Position numbers and translations under genes: made by a program | From: Candidatus Eiseniibacteriota bacterium | GTDB taxonomy: Bacteria > Eisenbacteria > RBG-16-71-46 | NCBI GenBank assembly: GCA_963717505.1 | Contig: OY970342.1 | Span: 864,001-928,000 of the forward strand | Length of the DNA stretch: 64,000 nt | Reading direction: 5' to 3' | The notes under the pieces: model-generated | What the model saw: the letters and a program-made list of their open reading frames with translations, nothing else | Told to the model about the DNA's origin: nothing | The model's database searches: none | Shown here: positions 51,387-60,087 of the stretch, one piece after another | Position numbering within the stretch: position 1 is the first letter of the stretch | How the letters are laid out: every line of letters starts with the position of its first letter

Positions 51387-53977
51387 ATGAGCCGATCCGT
51401 GAACCGCCCCTTCGCTTCCGCTCTGGCCATCGGTGCCGTGATGGTGCTGACTTCGGTCGTCGACCGCCCGGAAGCACCGCCGCGCCCGTCGTCGGGCGGC
51501 CCCTACCCCAGCGACTGGTTCGGTCTCCAGCGCGCGTACCCGATCGGCGAGATTCCGCAGGCGATCTGGCGAGCCACCGTGGAGCGCGCACGCGTGGATC
51601 GAGCGGCGGCTCGTCTTTCGACTTCGGGCGGACCACTGCTCAACTGGACCCTCGCGGGGCCGACCAACATCGGCGGTCGGGTCACCGCGATCGCCGCCCA
51701 CCCATCGGGGACCCCGGCCTACTTCGGCTCGGCCGACGGCGGAGTGTTCCGCTCCGATGACTTCGGTCTCAACTGGTATCCGATCTTCGACGAGGTCGGC
51801 GTCCCCTCGATCGGGTCGCTCGCCATCGATCCGCTCGACGCCAACATCCTCTACGTCGGGACCGGCGAGGCCAACTCGTCGCTCGACAGCTACGACGGCG
51901 ATGGCCTTTATCGCACGACCGACGGCGGCGCGAACTGGGAGCGAGTCGGCCTGGAGACCGTGGGACGCATCGCGCGCGTCGCGATCGATCCCGCCAATTC
52001 CGCGCGCATCTACGTGGCCGCCATGGGCCGCCAGTTCTCGACCGGCCCCGAACGCGGCTTCTACCGTTCGACCAATGGCGGGCAGAGCTGGGAACAGACG
52101 CTGTTCGTCAACGACAGCACCGGCGCGTGCGAGGTTGTGGTGAATCCCGCCCACCCCGAAACCGTGTTCTGCGCGACGTGGGAGCGGGTGCGTCGCGCCA
52201 CCTACCGCCGAGCGTTCGGCCCGGGCTGCGGGATCTGGCTCAGCGTGAATCACGGCGCCACTTGGACGCGGCTCGCCGCCGGATTGCCGGCGCCTTCGGA
52301 CTCGGTCGGTCGGATCGGGCTGGCGATCGCCCGCTCGCGCCCATCGACGATCTACGCCCAGATCATCGCCGGGTCGATCGGCGGCTATCAGGGGCGCGGG
52401 CTCTATCGCTCGGACAACGGCGGCGCGTCGTGGATCCGGCGTGACCTGAGCGGCTTCACCGGCAGCTTCGGTGGTTTCGGCTGGTACTTCGGCGACGTCG
52501 TCGTCCACCCGTTGAATCCGGAGCGGGTGTGGTCGCTCGGCGTACCATTGGTTCGCTCGAACAACGGCGGCGCCAGCTTCGCCAGCACCGCCACGTACGG
52601 GCACGTCGATCAGCACGCGATGTGGATCTCGCCGTCAGACTCCTCGCGCATCCTGATCGGCAACGACGGCGGTATCTGGCGCTCGATCGATTCGGGCGCC
52701 AGCGTCCAGTTCCCGGCTTCGCTGCCGATCACCCAGTTCTACGCGGGCGCCATCGATCCCTCGAACCCGAACCGGATCTTGGGCGGCACCCAGGACAACA
52801 ACACGCTGATCACGAACACCGGCGACCCGGGCGGCTGGACGGCGATCCTGGGCGGCGACGGCTTCCACTGCCTGGTCGATCCGATCGACCCCAACGTGAT
52901 CATCGCCGAGTGGCAGTACTGCTGCGAGCGGCAGCGGGCCGCGTCGATCGACCACCGGCGGCGCATCGTTCGCTGCGCCGACCGGCATCCCGGCCGGCGA
53001 GCGCTTCAACTGGAGCACGCCGCTGGTGATGGACCCGAGCAATCACAACGTGATCCTGGTCGGCAGCCAGCGCGTGTTCCGCAGCGTGGACAACGGCATC
53101 AGCTACGCGCCGATCAGCGGCGACCTGACCACGAATCCGGCGGCCCAGGTGGTCTACGGCACCATCACCACGCTCGACATCTCGCCGCTATCGAGCAGCA
53201 CGTACTTCGCCGGCACCGACGACGGCCGCGTGTGGCGCTCGACCGACGCCGGGAGCGCGTGGATCGACATCTCTGCCGGGCTGCCGATCCGCTGGGTCAC
53301 CCGAGTGGTCGCCGATCCGGCCAGCGCCTCGACCGTCTACGTGACGCTGTCGGGATTCACGCTCGACGAAGGGGAATCGCACGTCTACCGCAGCACGAAC
53401 CTGGGCGCGACCTGGACCGCGATCGGCGCCGAGCTGCCCAACAGTCCGGCCAACGACCTGGTGGTCGCCCCCTGGGACCCACTGACGCTGTTCGCGGCGA
53501 CCGACGTCGGGGTCTACGCGACGCGCAACCTGGGAGCGACCTGGTACCCCCTCGGCCAGGGTCTGCCGCTCCAGGCGATCAACGACCTCAACCTGCACGC
53601 CCCGACCCGGACTCTGGTGGCGGCCACCCACGGTCGGTCCCAGTGGCGGCTCGACCTGAACCAGATGCCATTGGCGGTCGGATGCGCAGCCGGCAGCACC
53701 GGCGATCTCACTGGGCGCACCGCGCCCGAATCCGACCTCGGGCACGATCCACGCGACGCTGGAAGTGCCAGCGGCAACTGCGGTCGAAATCGAGATCTAC
53801 GATGCGATGGGCCGGCGCGCGGCGCGACTCCACCACGGCCGCCTCGACGCCGGGCGCCACATCTTTTCGTGGGATGGACGCGACGTGCAGGGCCGGCGTG
53901 TTCCCGGTGGTGCCTACTTCATTCGAGCCTCCTCGCCCTCCGGAAGCTCCGTCCGTCGATTCGTCAGGCTCGACTGA
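51387..53977 (+). CDS. Second BNR/Asp-box repeat protein with FlgD-Ig C-terminus (tandem paralog), frameshifted
   Basis: AGGAG RBS and the same motif order. Shifts near 52927 and 53682. Confidence 0.8.
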
Positions 53978-54077
53978 GACGAGGGCAGTTTCGACCGCGA
54001 ATGGCGCGGTCCGGATGTTGCATCATTTCCGACCGCGTCAAATCGAGGCGAAATGAGGGCCGGTCGGTTTTTTGCCT

Positions 54078-54106
54078 TTGAATTCGCGGTCGGAAGTTGC
54101 TATACC
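54078..54106 (+). promoter_or_regulatory. sigma70 promoter of the HU gene
   Basis: TTGAAT-17 nt-TATACC with extended TG and a T-tract upstream. Confidence 0.6.
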
Positions 54107-54228
54107 AAGTCCCGGCTAGGGCCGCGCTCGAGGTTCGTGATTCGTGCGCGCGCGCGAAGTGCGAACGCTCCGGCGGCCCGTCCGACATGGTGCCGCACTT
54201 TCACACTGCACAGGGAGAGACGCAGACG

Positions 54229-54510
54229 ATGGGCAAGATGATGACGAAGTCCCAGATCGCGGGATACATCGCCGACAAATTCGAGATCACCAAGAAGCAG
54301 AGCACGTTGATCCTCGAAGAGCTCGCGACGCTTGCCGCGAAGCAGGCGAGGAATGGATTCGTGTTCCCCGGAGTGGGCAAGCTGGTCGTCGTGAAGCGCA
54401 AGGCGCGCATGGGCCGCAACCCGCAGACGGGCGAGGCCATCAAGATTCCGGCAAAGACTGTGCTCAAGTTCCGGATCGCAAAGGCCATGAAGGAACTGGC
54501 CCTCAAGTAG
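54229..54510 (+). CDS. hup: HU family DNA-binding protein
   Basis: MTKSQI, RKARMGRNPQTGEAIKIPAK..KF. Confidence 0.95.
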   Translation: MGKMMTKSQIAGYIADKFEITKKQSTLILEELATLAAKQARNGFVFPGVGKLVVVKRKARMGRNPQTGEAIKIPAKTVLKFRIAKAMKELALK

Positions 54511-54533
54511 ATCGTCAGCCAGATTCGTGAAAG

Positions 54534-54570
54534 AGCCCCGTACGCCCGAGCGTAGGGGGCTTTTTCGTTT
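54534..54570 (+). terminator. Rho-independent terminator
   Basis: AGCCCCGTACGC-CCGA-GCGTAGGGGGCT followed by TTTTCGTTT. Confidence 0.8.
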
Positions 54571-54681
54571 CATGATCGAAACGTCGTACCGGACGTTCGG
54601 TTCCTGCGCGACCGCGACTTCGAACGCGTCGGCGGCGCCGAGACGCGCAGGGGCCTGCCCGTGTGGCATGATGCGCGGCCG

Positions 54682-55650
54682 ATGGCCGGCATCGTGGTCG
54701 AGAACCTGTCCAAGTCGTACCGACGGCTGCTCGCGGGAGACCCCGTGCGGGCACTCGACGGCGTCAGCCTCGCGATCCCGCCCGGCGAGGTGTTCGGCAT
54801 CATCGGACCGAACGGCGCCGGCAAGACCACGTTCCTCGGTTGTCTGCTCGGCTTCCTGACTCCTGACTCGGGCCGCATCACGGTCGACGGCAGAGCCCCC
54901 GACGATCTCGCGGTGCGCGCGGCCACCGGCTATCTGCCGGAACGGCTGACGATGGATCGCTGGATGACGGGTCGCGACTTCCTCGCCTACCAACACGCGC
55001 TCGCACGGTTGCCGTCGGAACGCAGCGCGGCGGACGTCGAGGTCCTGCTCGGCCGGGTCGGGCTCGACCGCGAGGCCGGCGCCCGCGCGATTCGCCGCTA
55101 CTCGCGGGGCATGCTCCAGCGGATCGGTCTCGCGCAAGCGCTGCTCGGTCACCCGCAATATGTGTTCCTCGACGAGCCGGCATCGGGCGTGGATCCGGCC
55201 GGTGTCATTCTGTTCCGCCGGATTCTCGGCGAGCTCAAGTCGGCGGGAACCACGGTCGTGCTCAACTCGCACCAGCTCGAGCAGGTCGAGCGCGTTTGCG
55301 ATCGCGTTGCGTTCGTGAACCGCGGCCGTGTCGAGGCGGTCGAGACGTTGGCCGCCGGCACGGCGCACGCGCGTGGACTCCGCGTTCGTTGGGCGGGCGG
55401 AACGCCCGCCAGCGATACGCTGGCGACCGCGGCGTCCCGAGCCGGCGCCCAGTTCGTCGAGGCCGGCAACCGTGAAGCGCGCTTCCGGGTCGCAGACGAC
55501 GATGGTGCCGCTCGACTGGTGCAGTCGCTGGTCGCCTCCGGGATCGCAGTCATCGAAGTCGTGCCCGACGAGAGCCGTCTCGAGCGACTGTTTCTCGGTC
55601 AGGGCGGCGCCCCGGTAGCGCCGGCCCCGCCCACGGGATCGCGACCGTGA
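54682..55650 (+). CDS. ABC transporter ATP-binding protein
   Basis: GPNGAGKTT, YSRGMLQR, FLDEP, SH. Confidence 0.92.
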   Translation: MAGIVVENLSKSYRRLLAGDPVRALDGVSLAIPPGEVFGIIGPNGAGKTTFLGCLLGFLTPDSGRITVDGRAPDDLAVRAATGYLPERLTMDRWMTGRDFLAYQHALARLPSERSAADVEVLLGRVGLDREAGARAIRRYSRGMLQRIGLAQALLGHPQYVFLDEPASGVDPAGVILFRRILGELKSAGTTVVLNSHQLEQVERVCDRVAFVNRGRVEAVETLAAGTAHARGLRVRWAGGTPASDTLATAASRAGAQFVEAGNREARFRVADDDGAARLVQSLVASGIAVIEVVPDESRLERLFLGQGGAPVAPAPPTGSRP

Positions 55651-56354
55651 ACCCGACGCTGGTCCTCGCGCACCTTCGCCAGCGGCTGACGAGCCCGATC
55701 CGGCTCGCGTTCCTGGCCGCCACGTTCTTCTTCCCGCTGTTGTTCGTCGCGGCCGCGCCCGGAATGGGTCTGAGCCAGATCCACGACAGCCTGCCGTTCG
55801 TCCTGATCCTCGGCTCGGGAATGATCGGGCTCGACGTCTCCTCGGGCGTGCTGCAGCTGGTGCTGGCGCGACCGGTCACGCGGCGCGAGTACGCGATCAG
55901 TCGCTGGCTGGCGACCGCGTTCGGCGCGGCGGCGTTCTCGACCATTCAGGTGACCCTGGCGTCCATGATCCTGGTTCTGCGCGGCGGCACCGTGAACGCG
56001 GAGAGCGTGGCCGCAACACTGCTCGCGACCTGGTCGTCGGCGTTCGGCGCCTCGGCAGTGCTGATGGCGCTCTCGACGCTGGTGCCGGGGCTCGCGGACC
56101 TCGGGCTCTTCGTCATGATCATGATCTCGACTTCGGTGCTGCAGATGATCGGCAGCGCCGCCCGCCTGTCGTGGGTGACGCGCGCCGGCGTCGTGGTCGG
56201 CGAGAGTTTGAACCCGGTTCTGGACTGGAGCCGGATCTTCGGCGGTTCGGTCTCGTGGCACGAGCTGGCCGCCTATGCGTCGACGGTGACGCTGGCGCTC
56301 GCGGTCGGGATCTTCGTGCTCAACCGCAAGGAGCTTTCCTATGCCTCCGGCTGA
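55647..56354 (+). CDS. ABC-2 type permease
   Basis: About 6 TM segments, LARPVTRREY, coupled to the ATPase by GTGA overlap. Confidence 0.85.
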   Translation: MNPTLVLAHLRQRLTSPIRLAFLAATFFFPLLFVAAAPGMGLSQIHDSLPFVLILGSGMIGLDVSSGVLQLVLARPVTRREYAISRWLATAFGAAAFSTIQVTLASMILVLRGGTVNAESVAATLLATWSSAFGASAVLMALSTLVPGLADLGLFVMIMISTSVLQMIGSAARLSWVTRAGVVVGESLNPVLDWSRIFGGSVSWHELAAYASTVTLALAVGIFVLNRKELSYASG

Positions 56355-56889
56355 CGACGCGGGGCCGGTCGTGAAGGCGGGCAGCTCGCGGCCATCGCCG
56401 CGGGTATTGCTGATCGCGGCGGCCGTGTTGCTGGTCGCGCGCATCGGGAGCTGCATCTACGAAGATCGGCACCCGCCCCAGGCGCGAAGCCTGGTCGACT
56501 GGAAACCCGTGGCGGCGGCCGAGTCGCTGTCGCGGGCCAGTGGCCGGCCCGTCCTCTACGAATTCGGCGCCGCGTGGTGCGGCCCCTGCCAGACCATGGA
56601 AGCCGAGGTTTTCGCCGACGCTCGCAGCGCGGCGCGGCTCAGCCAGACCTTCGTGCCGATTCGACTGGTGGACCGAATGCAGGAGGAGGGCAAGAATTCC
56701 CCCGAGGTCCAGGCCCTGGAAGATCGCTTCAGCGTCGAGGCGTTCCCGACCCTGATCGTCCATTCACCGGCGACCGGCCGCAGCGAATCGGTGGTGGGTT
56801 ACCCCGGGCGCGACGAGTTGATGGGCAAGTTGGCGCGCGCCGCGAAGACCGTGGTGAGGCCGACTCCGACGGTGCGCGACTCGGGCTGA
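56341..56889 (+). CDS. Membrane-anchored thioredoxin-family protein
   Basis: WCGPC and FPT cis-Pro motif. Confidence 0.88.
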   Translation: MPPADDAGPVVKAGSSRPSPRVLLIAAAVLLVARIGSCIYEDRHPPQARSLVDWKPVAAAESLSRASGRPVLYEFGAAWCGPCQTMEAEVFADARSAARLSQTFVPIRLVDRMQEEGKNSPEVQALEDRFSVEAFPTLIVHSPATGRSESVVGYPGRDELMGKLARAAKTVVRPTPTVRDSG

Positions 56890-56897
56890 ACGCCGCG

Positions 56898-57668
56898 CTA
56901 GTAGTGGTAGCGGACCTTCAGCTGCCCCCAGGACTTCTTCGCCACCGGCATCAGGGCGCAGCAACTGCCGCTCACCCACTGCTGCAGCGCCACCGGAGTG
57001 GGCGTGTCGGTCGGGTCGCACAGGTCGCCACCGCCGCCGGAATCGGTAAGGAAGAAGAACTTGCACAGCGAGCAAAACGACTCGTCGCCATACGTCAGTT
57101 CGGGCCGCGCCGCGGGGTCGACGCATGCGGGGTCGATGCTGGTCACCCGGACCATCAGGAACGCTGGGCCGCGCAGGCAGACCGGAGTGTTCAGCGTGAT
57201 ATCGAACGTAAACACACCGGGGGCACCGCCAAACGGGGCGGCGGGCTGCGGCGCCGCCAGGAAAACGTCGTCGTTGGGCAGGTAGCAGCCACCTTCGTCG
57301 ATGGCGTCGACGATCGAGATCTCCAACGGCAGCGAGCACGCGGTGTTGAACCGCAATCCGATGTGGACCTGGTCCACGGTCAGCGTGCCGGTCTCCGAGC
57401 AGTCGACACAGGTCGCCGGGTTGATCAGCGTGAAGTAGGCGTCGCCGTTCTGGATGAACTCGGGCAGGGACTCGGTCGGCTGCAGGGGCCCCCCCGCGTT
57501 GCACACACCGCCGTAGAACTCGGGCCCGATCTGGACGTGCGTCGGCTTCTCATCACCGACCGGCCGGGGTGGCGCTGGGATGAGGATGTTCCCAGATTGG
57601 GCGGCCGGAGCGAGGGCGGCGAGCGCGACGAGCGCGAGCGCCACCGGCAAACAACGTTTGGACGACAT
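56898..57668 (-). CDS. Secreted Cys-rich hypothetical protein with C-terminal SWGQLKVRY motif
   Basis: Signal peptide, many Cys, terminal KKSWGQLKVRYHY. Confidence 0.75.
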   Translation of the reverse strand: MSSKRCLPVALALVALAALAPAAQSGNILIPAPPRPVGDEKPTHVQIGPEFYGGVCNAGGPLQPTESLPEFIQNGDAYFTLINPATCVDCSETGTLTVDQVHIGLRFNTACSLPLEISIVDAIDEGGCYLPNDDVFLAAPQPAAPFGGAPGVFTFDITLNTPVCLRGPAFLMVRVTSIDPACVDPAARPELTYGDESFCSLCKFFFLTDSGGGGDLCDPTDTPTPVALQQWVSGSCCALMPVAKKSWGQLKVRYHY

Positions 57669-57879
57669 GAGCAGGGATCTCCGCCGCCCGAGGGGCGGTA
57701 CGTGAGGAACTGCTGGCGCTGAGGAACGAAACCGTGCGGCGAGGGCTACATCAAGCGTGCCGCACGTTGGCCATCAGCGTCAACGTAAAAGCCGATCTTT
57801 GAAGCGTCTGGCCGGCTTCGGCACGTCGATCAGCCCGATTCCTCCCAATGCCCAGGCCCTGCGCCCGGGGAGATAGACC

Positions 57880-57908
57880 TTGATACTGCACGTATGTGCA
57901 GTTATGCT
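57880..57908 (+). promoter_or_regulatory. Promoter with LexA-type palindrome in the spacer
   Basis: TTGATA-17 nt-TATGCT. ACTGCAC-GTAT-GTGCAGT at 57885-57902 fits CTG-N10-CAG. Confidence 0.75.
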
Positions 57909-57918
57909 CCCCGCGGCC

Positions 57919-58173
57919 ATGAGAATCGAGCTGATCAACGAGGCCGTCACGGTTCGTGCGGACTTCCACGGCGGGCGCGCCACCCCCCTCGCCTTCCGGC
58001 TGGGACCGCGCGAGCACCGGGTCACCGGTGTCAACGCGCGCTGGGTCGACCGCTCGGGCCGTCACCCGCGCTTCTGCTTCTCGGTCACCACCGAGAGCGG
58101 CGACGTCTACCAGCTGCAGCTCTCGGCGGCGGACCTGGTCTGGCGCCTCGATTCGGTGACGCTCGATGGCTGA
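57919..58173 (+). CDS. Small protein resembling the ImuB C-terminal / DUF6504-like domain
   Basis: P..F....R.H.V......W........F.V....G.VY.L......W.L pattern, overlaps the dinB start. Confidence 0.6.
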   Translation: MRIELINEAVTVRADFHGGRATPLAFRLGPREHRVTGVNARWVDRSGRHPRFCFSVTTESGDVYQLQLSAADLVWRLDSVTLDG

Positions 58174-59386
58174 GCCCGCGGCCCCGCGCACCATCCTGCA
58201 CGTCGACATCGACGCCTTCTTCGCGGCGATCGAGCAGCAACGCGATCCGCGGCTGCGCGGCCGGCCGGTGATCGTCGGCGCCGGAGTGATCGCGTCGTGT
58301 TCGTACGAGGCGCGCCGCTTCGGACTGCGCGCCGGGATGACGCTGAGCGAGGCCCGGCGGCGCTGCCCGGACGCGGTCATCCTCGACGGCCACGCCCAGG
58401 TCTATCGCTGCTTCGCCGAGGACATCTTCGAGCGTTGCCGCCGGGTCGCCCCGGAAGTCGAGACCTACCTCGACGAGGCGTATTGCGACCTGACCGGCAC
58501 CGAGCGCCTGCACGGCGATCCGGCCGGCGCGGCGCGCGGCCTCAAGCGCGACATCCTCGCGGCCACCGGGCTGACCGTGACCTGCGGCATCGGCCCGAAT
58601 CGCATGCTCGCCAAGCTGGTCGGCAAGACCGTGAAGCCGGACGGGCTCGCGCGGGTGCACGAGGCCGAGGCCGATGCGTTCCTGGTCGGGCGCCCGATCG
58701 AACAGCTCGCGGGCGTCGGCCGTGCCCACGCGCGGACGCTTCGCTCGATGAACGTGCAGACGATCGGCGCCCTGCGGGCACTGTCGGCCGGCGCGCTCGA
58801 ACGCCTGTTCGGAGTCCATGGCCGCCTGCTCCACGAGCGCTGCCGGGGCCACGACACCGCACCGGTGCTGGCGCGCGAAGTGCCGCAGTCGATCTCACGC
58901 GAAACCTCGTTCCACCAACACACGGCCGACCGGACCGAGATCGAAGGCATGCTCGAGTACCTGGTCGGCCGCGCCTGCCGGACGGCCCGCGAGCTTTGCA
59001 TCGCGCCACGCACCGTGGCCGTCCGGCTTCGTTACGCCGACGGCGAGTTCGCCGAGCAGGCACGCTCGCTCCGGCTGCCGTCGGACACCGACCCGGTGGT
59101 GCTCGAGCTGGCGCGCGTGCTGCTCGTGCGCCTGTTCACCCGCCGGGTCGCGCTGCACGGCGCCGGCATCGTGCTCTCGAACTTCGCGCCCGCGGGCGGC
59201 GACCAGGGTTCGCTGTTCGACGAGCGCGAGGCCGGCCGGCGCGGGGCATTGCTGCGCGCGTTCGACGACGTGCGCAGCGCCTACGGTCACGGCGTTCTGG
59301 TCTCGGGTCGCGCGCTCCACCTGCGCGGGCGCCTGGAAGAGGACCGCCACGGCTTCGTGCTGCGCACGCCGTCGCTCACGAAGTAG
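58166..59386 (+). CDS. dinB: Y-family DNA polymerase IV-like
   Basis: HVDIDAFFA, SYEARRFG, YLDEAY, LAKL...KP.G, SISRE.SF, clamp-binding-like QGSLF. Confidence 0.92.
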   Translation: MAEPAAPRTILHVDIDAFFAAIEQQRDPRLRGRPVIVGAGVIASCSYEARRFGLRAGMTLSEARRRCPDAVILDGHAQVYRCFAEDIFERCRRVAPEVETYLDEAYCDLTGTERLHGDPAGAARGLKRDILAATGLTVTCGIGPNRMLAKLVGKTVKPDGLARVHEAEADAFLVGRPIEQLAGVGRAHARTLRSMNVQTIGALRALSAGALERLFGVHGRLLHERCRGHDTAPVLAREVPQSISRETSFHQHTADRTEIEGMLEYLVGRACRTARELCIAPRTVAVRLRYADGEFAEQARSLRLPSDTDPVVLELARVLLVRLFTRRVALHGAGIVLSNFAPAGGDQGSLFDEREAGRRGALLRAFDDVRSAYGHGVLVSGRALHLRGRLEEDRHGFVLRTPSLTK

Positions 59387-59412
59387 CCGCGGACTGCCGA
59401 TGACCGCCGAGT

Positions 59413-60066
59413 ATGACTCCTTCCCCTCCGGGACACGCACACCCGGGGTCCTCTCCCGCACCGGCGCCCGCCGGCGCACCCCGGATCTCGCGCACGGTGC
59501 ACGTCGTTGCGATCGCGCTGGTGGCGGCCATCGTGACGCTGACCGTCGTGGCGTTCGCGGCACTCGAGGTCGTGCTGCGGCAGACCCCCGAGCTCGAGCC
59601 GCGCCACCGGCCCGAGGCGCTGTGTTTCGCGCTGGCCAAGCCGCCGCCGTTCACGCCGCCGATGGCGGTGCAGCCGAGCGCCGCGTTGGTGCGCGGCCGC
59701 TTCGGCAGCTCGATGCCGGCGTCGTACGCGCTGCGCCAGCAGATGCAGATCGACGAGGACATGGTGCTGCGCGAGTGGACGCATCGGGTCGGCGACTACG
59801 ACGTCGCGCTGTTCTGGCTGCAGCTTCCGGGCCGCGACACCGAACGCTGGCTGGTGGCCGCGTGGATGGAGGGCGCCGATCTCGCGGTGTGCAACTTCCG
59901 CTTCCGGGGCACGGCTCGATCGTGGTCGACGGAGGAGAAGGTCTGGGGCACACGGCTGCTCCAACGGATTCTCCAGCCGGAATACTTCCGCAGTGGCACG
60001 CTGCCCGACGTGCGTTTGCGGCCGCGCGATGGCGCGACCATGCCGGAGTTCGGCCCCGCGACCTGA
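59413..60066 (+). CDS. Hypothetical protein with one N-terminal TM helix
   Basis: 217-aa ORF with natural composition filling the dinB-dnaE2 gap. Confidence 0.65.
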   Translation: MTPSPPGHAHPGSSPAPAPAGAPRISRTVHVVAIALVAAIVTLTVVAFAALEVVLRQTPELEPRHRPEALCFALAKPPPFTPPMAVQPSAALVRGRFGSSMPASYALRQQMQIDEDMVLREWTHRVGDYDVALFWLQLPGRDTERWLVAAWMEGADLAVCNFRFRGTARSWSTEEKVWGTRLLQRILQPEYFRSGTLPDVRLRPRDGATMPEFGPAT

Positions 60067-60087
60067 ACGTCGGATTCGGGCCGCGTC

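Noticed and set aside
57719-57732. CTGAGGA-AC-GAAAC resembling a hammerhead core
   Set aside because: There is no room for stem II and no convincing stems I or III.
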